From the human T2T-CHM13v2.0 reference genome, Homo sapiens, in assembly GCF_009914755.1 (NCBI RefSeq), contig NC_060926.1: DNA of 64,000 bases, one strand, 5' to 3'. A model generated the notes under the pieces. The model saw only the letters and a program-made list of their open reading frames with translations. It ran no database searches and was not told the DNA's origin. Below, piece by piece: positions 35,274 through 48,200 of the stretch. Every line of letters begins with the position of its first letter. Within the stretch, counting starts at the first letter, position 1. Position numbers and translations under genes: made by a program.

Positions 35274-38200
35274 AGTCTCTCTCTTAATGACACGGGCATC
35301 CAGCTCCAGCCCCAGAGCCTGGGGTGGTAGATTCCGGCTCTGAGGGCCAGTGGGGGCTGGTAGAGCAAACGCGTTCAGGGCCTGGGAGCCTGGGGTGGGG
35401 TACTGGTGGAGGGGGTCAAGGGTAATTCATTAACTCCTCTCTTTTGTTGGGGGACCCTGGTCTCTACCTCCAGCTCCACAGCAGGAGAAACAGGCTAGAC
35501 ATAGGGAAGGGCCATCCTGTATCTTGAGGGAGGACAGGCCCAGGTCTTTCTTAACGTATTGAGAGGTGGGAATCAGGCCCAGGTAGTTCAATGGGAGAGG
35601 GAGAGTGCTTCCCTCTGCCTAGAGACTCTGGTGGCTTCTCCAGTTGAGGAGAAACCAGAGGAAAGGGGAGGATTGGGGTCTGGGGGAGGGAACACCATTC
35701 ACAAAGGCTGACGGTTCCAGTCCGAAGTCGTGGGCCCACCAGGATGCTCACCTGTCCTTGGAGAACCGCTGGGCAGGTTGAGACTGCAGAGACAGGGCTT
35801 AAGGCTGAGCCTGCAACCAGTCCCCAGTGACTCAGGGCCTCCTCAGCCCAAGAAAGAGCAACGTGCCAGGGCCCGCTGAGCTCTTGTGTTCACCTGCCCT
35901 TCTGTTTGTCCCACTTGTCAGGATGAAGGTTTCCTGACAAGCAAATCTGCATTCCTAAGTCTTTCCCTTACGACATCCAGACCCCTCTCTTTCTTCTTCA
36001 CCTCCCATGTGCTCATGAAACCTCTTGCTCTTTGGCCTCCATGCCACCATTCTGCCGGTGCTAATGACAGTCACCAACCACAGTCACTGGCCACCCCCTT
36101 GTGGCCAAACTCAACCACTTCCTGTTGGGTTCACCTGCTCCCTGATCTGTTGGCTATGCCCTCCTGGATTCTCCCACCCCGCTCTGCCTTCATTTCGGTA
36201 GCTCTGACTCCTCCTTCAGCCTGAGTTCATTCAGTGTGATCCATGCCTTGTCACCTCTGGCCACCCCCAGGTCAGTCCTTGCTCTCCCTGACTCCTCATT
36301 ATGTCCTTTGCCTTGTGGGGATCACATCCACTTCCAGGACTTCTCTTTGGCTCCCTGGCCTGTGTCTTTAGCTGACCTCTGCTGAGCTGCAGACCCGTCA
36401 AGCCAGCTGCCTGCTCCACCCCCTGCCCCTCAGCACCTCAAAGCCCATACATCCACAGCCGGACGCACCTACCCATCTGTGCTTCTCCAGGATCACCCAC
36501 CTCGACAAACAGCATTAGACATGTACACAGTTTCCCAAGCTACAGGAAATCTGGGAATCTTCCTCAAGCTTCCTCTCCTCTTCCCCAGCCCCATCCATTC
36601 CCATCTAGTGGGTTGAGTCTAGACTGGCTTCCCAACCACACCTCCCTAATGCAGCACCCCCTACCCCCCTGCCCAGCTCCCTCTGCCACCGGCCTGGCCT
36701 GGGCCCTGCTCCTCTAGGGAGGTTTCTGTGAATGTCAAGGATGAGGTCCACTTCAAAGGAGGCCCTCCATGTTGCAGCTAGGTTTCTCTTCCTTGCACCC
36801 AAACAGGGCAGACTCACCCCCTTCTGAGCCCCTTTGCCCCATCTTCTTGCCTTGCTCCCGGTACCCTTTGCTTCAGCATCCCCATCCCTGTCCCTGAGTG
36901 AGCCACAGGTTTTCCCTGTGCTGTGCCTTCGCTCATGCTGTTCTTCCCACCTGGAATGTCGGGTGCTTGATCAATGTGGAACTCACTGGAAAGATGTCAG
37001 AGACCCAGCCTTGCTGTCTGGGCCACATGCAGGGATCCAAGCACACAAGGTCCTTCTGCTGGGAGCACAGACCCAGGTCCCACTCGCACTCTCAGCGTCT
37101 CTCTCCCACCTCTGCCCACCTCACTTGTGTCCAGTCAGTGCTAGAAACCAAAGGGCTTTGTCCCATCCCAACACCCCCTCTCCCTCCATCAGTCAGGAAT
37201 GCATTCTGCACATCTTGAAAGTCCTAACATGGATAAGTCCAGATTAACCCACATGGCGACCCTCACTGCCAAGCAGGTGGGATCACTTCTGGGAGCACAC
37301 ATGCCCAGGTGTGGAAGGAAGGTGGGAGGAAGAGTCATCCTTTTGGCCCCAGTGGGGGACAGAGAAAGGGGTGAGCTGTTCCTCTCAAGATCCTGCCTCA
37401 CTTGGTAGGGGGAGGGGGTCCAGGAAGATCACAGCAGAGCACCCCCTGTCATCCGAATAAAGGGCTGGAAGGGACCCAAGGAAACCTGCCAGTCTCCCGA
37501 GGCCAGGCCTGCGGGGGGCGGGGCGGGGAGTCCCTGCCGCACTCCCATCCACCCCCCATGTTGTGCCTCTCCCTGCAGACGGTAAATATTGGTGTTGTGA
37601 CTTCATTAATAAAGGCTTCTGTGAGCCTGAAAAACATGGAATCAGGATGAACTATTTTCTGAGCTGCGGGCTTGCCAGGTTTGCTAATTTGGGAGTTTTT
37701 GGGCCCTCTCCAGGGAACAAACCAAAGTCTCTCTTGAAGAGACACAGATGCAGCCGAGAAGGGAAGAAGACGAGGACTGCTGCTCCCTTCCCTCCCCCAA
37801 CGGCTCCTCCCACCTGGAGAGTGGGTGCCCTGCAGAGGGTGAGGACCAGCAGACACTGGCCTGCTGGTGCCCTCGGCGTGCAGGTGCTGCACGGCCAGCC
37901 CTTCCCTGAGGGAGCCTAGGTCAGCCATTCCCTTCAGCTGGGCTGGCCTCCCAGGGCCTGCAGATCGCGTGGGCTGAGGTATCATGAGCACCTGTAGGAG
38001 CTCCAAATTGTACGCAGCTGAAGTAGAGGGAGCTCAGGGGACCTGTTCTGAACCCTGGTGGCCTAATCCACACGCCTCACCTTCAGGGACTGATCTTTGC
38101 ACATCCTCTTGTCCGTGGAACTTTCCAGGACTCATCCCCATGGCCTTCGCAGCAGTATGGCTCACGCTCCTAGCATCTCTGCACTTGGTTTGCACCAACT

Positions 38201-38477
38201 CCTCCTCACACGTGCTGGGACCGCTTCCCAGGAGGCATCAAGGCGCTCTGGCTAAGTGAACCGGGCTCTGCCCAGAGGGAGCCGGCCAGGGCCCACAGGC
38301 CTCTGCTGTAGCCCTGCTCCAGGGCATCCCTGCAGGCAAGGGGAGAGGAGGGGAGGGGCGGCCAGCAGGCTGAGCGGTGCAGGCCCAGCCAGCTTTCCTG
38401 TCAGACGGGCGCTGCCAAGGCGGAGCCAGACATCGGAACAGGTTTAACCAATTACCCGAGCGCCCCATCTGCTGTCT

Positions 38478-38620
38478 GGGGTGTGTGTGAGGGTGAGTGC
38501 ATGTGAGGGTGTTTGGAGTGTCTGGGAGGGCTGTGGGCGTGCGTGTGAGTGTGACTGTGTGGGTGCCTGTGGGCGTTCGGCTGTGCATGTGTGCGGCTGT
38601 GCACGTGTGCCGTCTGTGGC
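38478..38620. repeat. Degenerate (TG)n-rich low-complexity tract
   Basis: gtgtgtgtgagggtgagtgcatgtg...gtgcgtgtgagtgtgactgtgt... Confidence 0.75.
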
Positions 38621-40152
38621 TGCATGGCCCGGTCATGCCCCCTGATTTGTTAAAAACTGGCTACGGCTTACAGTCTTCCTGTCCCCCAGACCTTGGGGTC
38701 TGTATGGACAACCCACCTGGCATCCCAGCCTCTCATTCCCTCATCTTCCCCTCACCACTCTCTCTCAGGGATGATCAGAGCCCAGAATGGGGCCTTCTCT
38801 CAAATCACACATTCAGGTGTCTTTTCCCGTCGAACCCTGAGCTCTTCCCATTTGCTGGCTCACTCCTTTCCCTCTGCAGCAGTGCGGGACCTTGCGGGGG
38901 CCCCCAGGCCACAACCTCCTCTGCTCTCTTTCTGACACATCCTTGTCCCACTATTCCTTGGTTGCACCTGCCTGGCAGAATTGAAACCCTGCTTGAACCT
39001 GCTTTTCCACCTGCCCGTGCAGTTGAGTCCATGAGGACAGCAGGCAGGTGTGCGGGATGGCGCCCCTCATTGTTTCGGGTCCCAGCCTCAGCTGAGGCCT
39101 CGCCCTATTGAGAAGTCCTCTGCCACCCTCCCTCCAAGCCTCTCTTCCCCCTGACTCAGCAGAGGGCCTTACTCCCACCTTCAGAGACAGCCCTGGAAGG
39201 GGACACCTTTGTATCAGTCAGATGGTACCTTCAGATAGAGCACTTGGAGGACAGTTTACTACAGGAACAATTAAATTTTGGGGAGCCCACAGGGATGGTG
39301 CAGTACCCCAGAGCTGGTAATAATGGGGAGCCCATATGGCCCTGAGGCCTGAAGAGGAAGGAGGCAGGGGCAGCTACTGGAACCTGGAGGAGACAGCTGG
39401 CTGGAGAGGGCCCCCAGGTAGGAGCCGTAACCTTCAGTACAGAGGGGCCCAGAGATGGCAGGAGGGACCAGGAGGAAAAAATCCCCCAGCGTCACTCCTC
39501 CAATCCCCCAGTTTCCTGCTGGGACTCCTGGTGGTGGAAGCCAGCCAGCCAGCCCTTAGTCAGCTTCCAGGGACAGAGCAGGTGGACAGATGCAGAATGG
39601 ATCTGGAGGGGTGGGGGCTCCTCACCCTCAACCCCACGCTGCCTGCAGCCAGCCCTTCCTCCCCACCTGCCTCCTGTCACCACCCGCCACTTTCTCTCCT
39701 TCTGGCCCAGGAGAACCCCACCCCTAACCCCCACCTCCAACCTGGGCTTCAGAGTCTCCCCACCTGGAGCGGCTCACTGCTAGGCTGTTCTTCCTCTTTC
39801 TGCGACACAGTCTCTTCTGATTCTTGCCTGAGGGGTCCACCTTCTAAGCGCCTCTTCAGCTCCATCTCTCAATGTCCCACTTCTGCCCATCAGCCAAATT
39901 TCTTGAAGGAATTAGCTATGCCGGCTGTCCGTGGTAGTCCTGACTTCTCGACCCGTGAAGATCTGTCTTTTGCCCTGACCACATCCCACTGAGGCTCCTC
40001 TCTCTGGGTCCTCCATGGGGCCCGCCTTGGTCCATGTCTCCCTTCACCTCTCGGCCTCAGTGAAGCACATGGAAGCCCCTTCTACCTGAAGCACTCCCAT
40101 CGCTGTCCTCTGGAATGCCACGCCCTCCCTGCCTTCCTCGCCTCTTGCCTTG

Positions 40153-40537
40153 GTGTGCTGGGCCGCCACAACAAAGCACCTCAGACTGAGTGGCTTCGAC
40201 AACCAAAATTTATTTCTTCCCAGCATTGGAGGCTGCCAGCCCAAGATCAGGGGTTAGCAGGGTGGGTTTCTTCTGAAGCCTCTCTCCTTGGCCTGTGGAC
40301 AGTGCCTTTGTCTTCACAGGAGCTTCTTCCTCTAGCATGCCTGCAGCCCAATCTCCTCTTCTTAAAAGGACATCAGTCATTTTGGATTCTCCTTTGGATG
40401 AGAGTCCACCTTAATAACCACATTTTAACTTAATTACCTCTGTAAAGACCCTGTCTCCAAAGACAGTCACATTCTGAGGCACAGGGCATTGGGACTTCAA
40501 CAGATGAGTTCTGGGAGGACGTGGTTCAGCCCTCACA
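40153..40537 (-). mobile_element. Solo LTR, ERVL-MaLR (MLT1-type), inserted into L2 remnants
   Basis: CCACAACAAAGCACC...AAATTTATTTCTTCCCAGCATTGGAGGCTG...AAAGGACATCAGTCAT...TTAACTTAATTACCTCTGTAAAGACCCTGTCTCCAAA...GGACTTCAACA. Confidence 0.85.
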
Positions 40538-42979
40538 CCTCCCTTATGGCTGAGCTTCCTTGTCTCTGCCCAGGCCTCAGAGGTGGGGCTCCTCAGAGCT
40601 CCTTCCACCTGGGTGGCCATCTCTGCTCCTCCAGCTCCAGATGCTCCCTAGACGTGGATAACAGACACATCCACATTTCCCATCCCTACCTGTCTCCTGA
40701 GCTCCAGACTTCCTCGTCTCTTGGTGTCCACTTGGTTATCTCCCAGGAACCTCCGATGCCTTGGAAATCAGAATGCATCCCCTTTCCTGTGGGTTTGTTC
40801 TTCCTTCTCTGTGCCTTAGCTCAGAAATGGCCCCTTCTCTGCTGCCTCAGGCAGGAACCTAGGGTCACCCCTTACTTCTCTCTGCCACCCTCACGGAGAG
40901 CTGAGCAGTCCTGAATCTTCACTTCTCTCCTTCCCCTTCCCCATCCCCACCACATGGCCCAGGCCCCATCTTCCTCACCAGGACTGCCGCAGGGGCCCCT
41001 CACCCAGTCTCCCCAGCAACCTTGCTGTGACCACTCCACCCTCCACTCTGCAGCCAGGTCACTCCACTTCTCTACTTAAAGCCTCAAGGGGCTCTCCGCT
41101 GGCCTTGGCCCAGCAGCACCTGGTCACACCGCCGCTCCTGGGCCTCCTCTCTATTCTCTAATGACATGGAGCTGCTTCAGGGCTCTGCTGTACTGTCCCT
41201 CCCTCTGTCACACTAACCTATGAAGAGGAGGAGAACCAGCATCCATTGGCCTGGGACGGAGGGTGGGCCCCTTCCCTCAGTTCCCCATGGGTTTACATGG
41301 GGTCTTCCAGGAGACGGTCTGGTGGTCTGGGGCCTGTCTGTCCATTTGTCCATCTTCTCTTTCCGTTGCTCTCTTCTCCACCCCTCCGTAAGGCCCAGGG
41401 AACTGGGGTGGGCCCCAGATTCTTGCTGTGGCTGAGGAGGTGTCCTCGTGGGGAAGGGAAGACTGGCCCTGGCCTTATGCAAGGCTGCCAGCATCTGCCT
41501 CGGTGTGCAGGGTGGAGAGTGAACACTTTTCAGCCACTGCTCGGAGAGACTCTTGGTTCTGCAGGGAAGGGTGGGCGTGCAGGGGTGAGGCCTTGTTGGA
41601 AGTGGCTGAGGCATTCCTGTTTTGGGAGCTAATTGGTGGCAGAGGGATGGCTGAGATGGCAGAAGCTGCAGCAGCTTTAGGGGACTGAGGGAGCTATGAA
41701 AATGAGGCTAGGCCCCTGGGGCATCAGGAAGGGTCACTCATCGTGGCCTCCATCCCCTCACATTCTGACTCTCCTTCTAACCGTGGCCTGAGTGAGAGAA
41801 GGGAGGTCCGATGGGCCAGGCGGGAGGGGATGGGGGCAGGGGAGGCCACATTCCTGGAGTGTTAATGATCTCTGGGCTGGGCAGGAGCTGAGCCCCCAAA
41901 CCAGCTAAAAACAACAAACAGCTCCCAGGAGGGATTTGTGTCTGTCCTGAGAGTCAAGGATTTCCGCCCCCGGATGGAGGCTGTGGCCTGTGGAGCTCTT
42001 AGCAAAGAAATTCCCCAGAGACCAGAAGCCTCCTGGCCCAGAGGCATCACTTTGCAAACAGCTCCCTCCCCTCTCCCTTTCTCTCCTCTCTCTCTCTAGT
42101 GGGGAAGGTCCCAGCACCCAGGAGGGGAGGCAGGCCCTCCCCCACACACCTGGGAGCGGGGAGAGGAGTCTGGGTGCATTCCTCCTCCAGCTTTCCATCC
42201 TTACAACAGTCCAGCCAAGTGATGCTGTTCGTGGCATTTTATAGATAAGGTCACCAAGGCTCAGTTAGAGTAGGTGTCAATAAATGTCTGACCCAATTGA
42301 TGGGTGAATAGAGGAAGCATCTGGCTAGAAGCCCCAGTCATGCTGGGCCAAGCTGCGGCTGGAACTGGGGTCTATCTGACCCCAGCCAGGATGGCTTTCC
42401 ACCTCCCTGGCCGCTTCTCTGCAGGGCTGGACTTGGGAACTCTGGGGGCTGCCTGGAAGAGGAGGAACCATTGCTATCAGGAGATGCCCAAGTCCTAGCC
42501 CCAAGGGATAGTGGAGGAGTTAAGAAGAGGCAGAGATCTCAGGGCTGGTACCATGCACACTGCAGCCATGAAGCACCTTTCCACTTGGCTCAAACCTTCC
42601 CTCCCTAGGAGGCCTCTCCTGGCCCCAGGTGGTCCAGAAATGACCCCCTCCGGCCTCCCAGCCTCATGGATATAAACAGTATGGGAATCTACCAAAAGTC
42701 TTACTCACGTTCCTTGAGGGCGGGCTCCTTAGTGAGCGCTCAATAACAGCTCTGTAAGGGGAGTCCTGCAGAATTTCACTGCCCTGTGTCCTCACATGGT
42801 CTCCATCCTTTCCTCTCCCCTTCCCTCTGGGCCTCCCAGCTGGCCCGATCCAGCCTGGAACCTAGGTCTGCACCTTCCCTGGAGGTATTCCCACAAAATC
42901 CTCAGGCAGTCCTTCCCTTTTCCCACTGGGTTCCATACGCCACTCCCCTTCCCACCCACAATTCACAAAACCACACCCT

Positions 42980-45966
42980 GATGCTTTAAATCCCGTATTT
43001 ATTGCCCAAAGCTCATTAGTATTACACAAATCACATAGATTGAGAAATTTTCTGAGGTTAAAAAGACGCTGCAAAGGCCCCTGGGAGTGGCTGAGGCTTG
43101 CGTGCGGGGGCCTCACTCTCACTGGGCCAGGCTTGAAGACCACCCTGGGTCTGTCCACCAGCCTTTTTCCTCCTCTAGGCTCCTGCCCTTTTCCCAGGCC
43201 AGAGGCCAGAACACCAAAGAAGTCGGCTCATAACCAGGTGAAAGGGGTCCGTCGGCCAGCTCGACTCCACGGCCAGCTTGACATCTTGGTCCCTGCACCC
43301 TCACACTGCTGCTGGAAATGGAAGAAGGGCATCCCCAAGCCTGAGGGCATGTTTGAAGTGACCAGAGGAGGGCCAGGCAGGGACACCAGAGGTGCAGAAC
43401 CATCGCAGGCGTGGCTTGTGTTCTGGCACAGCTGGCCAGCCCCGCCCTGACTGTGTCCAGGCTTAGCCTCCACCCCAGGCATGAACCAATCTGCCCCTCA
43501 GGCCTCCCTTCCTCTGGCCTCAGCAGAGTGGGGCATGGGTGCTGGGTGAAGGTTTCCCCTCACAGGTCTTTCCAAAGCCAGACCAGGGCCTAGTGGCATA
43601 GCCCACTGTCCCTCTGTCACCCTCACCCTAGGCTATCTGGATCCTTTGCCACTGCACCGCCACAGGAGCAGACCCCTTGGCTCACCTGAAGCTGCATTTG
43701 GGAGCATGACGGAAATCATCCGGGAGACAAAGCAAATGAGTTATGAGATGCTGAGGCCACAGGCTGGGCCAGGGCACCAGGCCTCTGGCAGGGGGAGGGC
43801 GGGAAGGGGTGGGTAGGCAGTTTTGGTCCCAAGATAAAGTGCACAAGAATAAGACCTTATGATAGGTAGGAGCAGGGTAAGCTTGAAGTGAGCTTTTCAA
43901 AAGACGACCCAGACATGCCAGCACCTAGTTCAGGCCTAGAGACCAGCACAGCGCAGCAGTCACTGGCATATTCACATTATGGTGGGATTGGCTCAAAAAG
44001 GCCTGCCCCTCCAACACCATGGCACCCCCACACTCCCGCTGTTTTGTCCTCCAGGCTTGTCTAACCCTTCTCCCCCTCCTCACGGGCAGCAGGTGGGCTG
44101 CTCCTCAGGAGAGTGGCAGGCCCCTCAGGGCAATGTGCTGCAGAGCCAGCTGGTGGGCACCAGCGGCTGGCAGAGAGGCAACGGCCATGCCCATGGAAGG
44201 CCCACCTCAGCACACTTCCCCTACCCTAAGATGCCACCCTGCAGCGGCCTCTTCCTACACATGAATGTTCACCTCTGGCCTAAGTCTCCCCTGAGGTGGA
44301 GACCCCGGGGGAGGGAGGCCTGGGGCTGCAGGTGGAGGCTTCCATTCTAGGTGGGGTCAGGAGGGGGCTGCACTGAGGCTGGTGCTTCCCCCTGGTTTGG
44401 GCCTTTCAGATGAGGGGTCACCCTGCTCACACCCACCCCAGGCTCTGCTTCCCTTTGTACAGCTTGCTCTTCCTTCCTGGTCTGCAAATGGGAGGGAGAT
44501 GGGAGCCAGCAGCAAGGGGCCTCTGAGGCTGCCAGAGTGAGAGGCAACACATGGGTATGGCCCCACCATCAGGCCCAGGCATCTATGTTACCTCCTCCTC
44601 CAGAACTGTAAAGTGTTTGGCAAAGGTCAACTGCTCCCGGGATATGGAGTCACATACACAAGGCAAGGCCTTCTGCTGAGGCCAACTGCAGGTCCAAAGG
44701 GGCCTGCCCCCTTCCCAGTCCAGAGTCCACACTGGGGACATGCCCAGGATGACCAGCATCTGAGCAGGACAAGCAAAGACGAGGTCTTGCTGGAGGAGCC
44801 AGTGGGAACCCCTTGATCCAGTCTTCTGGTTTCAGACAGGGAGTGGAGGCTGAGAGAAGGGAATGAATTTGTCTGACATCTCACTGCCATTTAGTGACAG
44901 AGCCAGGGCCCACTGCTCCTAGGTTGATGCTGCTTCTCTGATAGGTGTCTAAGGAGCTGGCCTAGGCATTCTCAGGCATGAGACCTTCCTGCTTAGAAAG
45001 GGATGGGATGGGGCAGGCAGCCTTGGTGGCTGGAGAAGCTCCGCAGAAGGCAGCCAGCCCAGTCTAGCCCCACTCTCAGCCCCAGAACCCAGCATCCAGC
45101 CTGGGGCCTGGAAGGAGGATCTTCCCGAAGAGGCCAAGTGCAGGTCCATGGTTCCTGCCAAGCACCATTCCTTCTCGGGGTTTCCTGCCTGGAGCTGGGG
45201 TCACTTCAGGGGCCCTGAATCAGTTAGAGCTCCACGAAGGGGGACCCTAGCTCCAGGGTCACTGGACTTCACTCAGAGGGACTGGTTCTGCAGCTCTGGA
45301 ATGGATGTGGGCTGGCTACATTCAGAGCCAGCTGCCCACAGAATCTTGCAGAGGCCTCCAGTGCTCCCTGATTCCCTGGGCCACTGCCTGAGGACCCTAG
45401 TCATGGCTAGTTCATCCTGTGGGGTGCAGACCACCTTCTCTCCCCTCCCCATGCCAGCCCAGGGAGCCATCTGGGCTGGCCATTGTAATATCCTAAATTT
45501 ACCAGCCTGGCCACCAAACCAGCCCAACTCCAGGCCTAATCTGGCTCGCCTCCACCTGTCCTCCTGCCACTTCTGGTCAGCTGAAACTAAGGCTCAGATT
45601 TGATTCTGATAAAAAATAAAAATAAAAAAGGAACCAAAGTATAAAAGGATTCTACTTCTACCCCATGGGCACTCTACAATTTTTCAGCTTCACACATAAT
45701 TGTGCTGAGTGGAGTTTTGACAACCCCACATAAGGCCCAGAAATGCACTTGATTATTTTTTTGTACGAAATGTGTTAGAACTCCTCTTGCCTATGTTAAA
45801 ATGTGAATGGGTCAGTCTCCCTCCACTGTAGGTTGAGCACTCTCCCAGGGGGCCCAGGACTGCTGGGGTTGGCGTGCTGCTCCCTGCAGGTGCAGCCGTG
45901 AGTCTACGGCCCTGCCCCTCAGCTCCCCGGCTGCACAGTGCTCCGTCCCCAGGCCGCTGACCACAC
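42980..45966 (-). other. SFXN5: SFXN5 3'UTR (~3 kb)
   Basis: Interval between the SFXN5 stop codon and the inferred cleavage site just downstream of the AATAAA. Confidence 0.7.
42998..43003 (-). terminator. SFXN5 polyadenylation signal (AATAAA on the - strand)
   Basis: TTTATT on the + strand. Downstream on the - strand is GU-rich GGGTGTGGTTTTGTG. It is the only AATAAA I found between the SFXN5 stop and this point. Confidence 0.8.
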
Positions 45967-46044
45967 TCACAACCCCTTGTTGTACACCACTGTCCGGCTG
46001 CTCGTGGCCTGGGCTATCTCCGGCTCTAATTGGGATGTTTCAAT
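45967..46044 (-). CDS. SFXN5: Sideroflexin-5, final coding exon
   Basis: Acceptor TTCTCTCTCCACAG|ATT. Encodes [25 protein letters not shown] then TGA. The (F/Y)NKGL C-terminus is the sideroflexin signature. Confidence 0.95.
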   Translation of the reverse strand: METSQLEPEIAQATSSRTVVYNKGL

Positions 46045-47229
46045 CTGTGGAGAGAGAACAGAGAGGAAAAGTGGGGGAGTGGGAAGGGGCAAATAGTGGG
46101 GCTGGGAGCTGCAGTGAGGACCACCCTGGGCCCCAGAGCTCTGCCCCCTGCACCCCCGTGTCCACCCCAGCCAGGGCTCACATGCCCTACCTAGTGACAC
46201 ATCTTCCTTCTCCACCGCCCTCCCGCCGCGGGGCTCACAGCATCCCTTCCAGCCCAGACCGGATCTCTTTCTTCTGATGGTGTGTCCACGTGGGTGGACA
46301 TCCTACACACTGGCCTCTGAGTTCTGCATCTCCCTCACCCCCAAGAACCATGTCCACTGCACTGCAGACCTACCACAGCCCTGCCCAGGGCCATTCCCTG
46401 GACCTGATGACCACCCAGGGCTGCTCCACCTCAACTCCTTCCATCCAAACCCCACCCTCCTGGGCTCCTCAGTCGCCTGTCCTTCCAGCACCCCACTCAC
46501 TCCTGCTTCTCTGTTTCCAGTCCCCTAGACCTAAGCGCCCACACTCCACACTCCGACCACTCAGTCTTTACATCTTCCCCTGCAGTCCCGATTCCAGGGG
46601 CCATCCCTTCAGCTACTCCCTAGCCCAAGGGTCCCTCCCACGCTGCTGGCAGAAGCCCTGCTTCGGAGAACCCCACCATGCACCCCACTCCTACTTGAAC
46701 CTGACCATGTAATGGAGACCCTCAAAATTCCCTGTCCTTGACTTTGGCTGGACCCCCAACCACTGCAGACAACCACCCCACCCCTGCTCCCATAGCCAGG
46801 TCAGCTCCCTCGCCCACTCTCCAGAGGCCACTGGATACCTGCTCTGCTCTCCTCTCCTTGGCCACCCACCCCCTGCTCCCACGCATCCTGGGCAGGTGAC
46901 ACTTCCTCTTATTTAGGGAAAAAGCTGAAGGTGTCAGAGGCGAAACCCTCAGCTTCCCATCATCAAACCCGCTGCCTTCCGTGTCCATGCATGGCTTTCC
47001 ACCTGCCCTCCTCCCACCCCACAGCTGCCATCCCTCCCCTCGCAGGACAGGACCCCACCTGGCTCCACCTCCCCTGCCCACTCCGGGGCCCCCTCCTGGG
47101 TCATCCTCCCTCTCTCCCACCTTTGCCCGTTAGTGTTCCACATGCAGGAACCTTCTCTGATGACACCTCCCCTTCATCCCAAGGCAGGCCCAGCTACTAC
47201 CTGGTCTCTCTCCTCCCCAGCAGCCACGT

Positions 47230-48200
47230 TTCTTTAAAAAACTTGGTCTACACTGGCTGTGTCCACCTCCTTCCCTCCCACTGACTTTTCAACCCACAGT
47301 AAATCTGGCTTCTGTTCTCACCACACTCCAGAAAAATCTTTCTCTCCAAGGTCACTGCCACCCCCCACTTCACGACACCCACTGCATGCTCCTCGGGGTC
47401 CTTGGGGCTTGGTCTGGCTGGGCCCTCTTCTCTGCACATGCCCTGGGTTACCCCCACACAAGATTTCTGCAGCCTTGTTTCTCCCTGGAGCCTCAGGTTC
47501 ACAGCCGCCTGCCTGCCAAACTTTGCTGTGGATGTCTCACAGGCGCCTGAACTCAACCCACCTGAAATGGAACTGAACCTGCCCTCTCCCCTGGCCCCAC
47601 TCAGCTCTCCATCTCGGGAATGACGCCGCCATCCAGTGGTGCTCTGCCCAAAGACTCTGGAGCCTCTTTGCGTCCTCTCCCCGTCCCTCCCCACAAGGTC
47701 TCATCCAGCCCAGTCCGTCCCCAACCACAGCCAGTGCCGGCCTTCTAAACTGCAAGTCTTCCCATGCCTCTCTTCACTGTGAAATGGCTCCATGGCACCC
47801 TGATCCTCAGGGATCAAGTCAGACTCCCGCGCCACCCTGCTCCTTGGACTGGAGACACAGGGCACATGGACTGATTTTGGTTCCTCGCACACCCTGGGCT
47901 CTGTCCCCACTCCAGTCTTTGCCTGAGTTGTTCAGAGACACCCCGTCCTACTTCCATTCCTGCCCCTACTCTGCTCTCCCGTCTTCAGCTCATCATCTTT
48001 CGTGTCTCAGCTTTAGACACCTTCCCTCCCCTACGCTGGGCGTGGCCACCTCTGTGGCCCCCATAGCTCCCTGAACTTCTCATACCCCACCTCTCCACAT
48101 TAGATCACAAGCTCCCTGAGGCAGCGGACGTGCGGATCTGTCTCGCCCCTGTGTCCTCAAAGCCTAGCACAATGCTGGTCCACAGTAGGTGCTCCCTCAG
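47230..48200 (+). mobile_element. L2 LINE remnant (3' portion)
   Basis: C/T-rich L2-like body ending in the L2 3' motif GCCTAGCACAATGCTGGTCCACAGTAGGTGCTC. Confidence 0.65.

Noticed and set aside
45610-45630. Tandem AATAAA on the + strand
   Set aside because: It is the complement of a U-rich stretch in the SFXN5 3'UTR, with no evidence of a + strand transcript ending here.
47625-47640. CTCF-like motif CCACTGGATGGCGGC (- strand)
   Set aside because: It has mismatches at informative positions and lies in an L2 remnant, so it cannot be supported without ChIP data.
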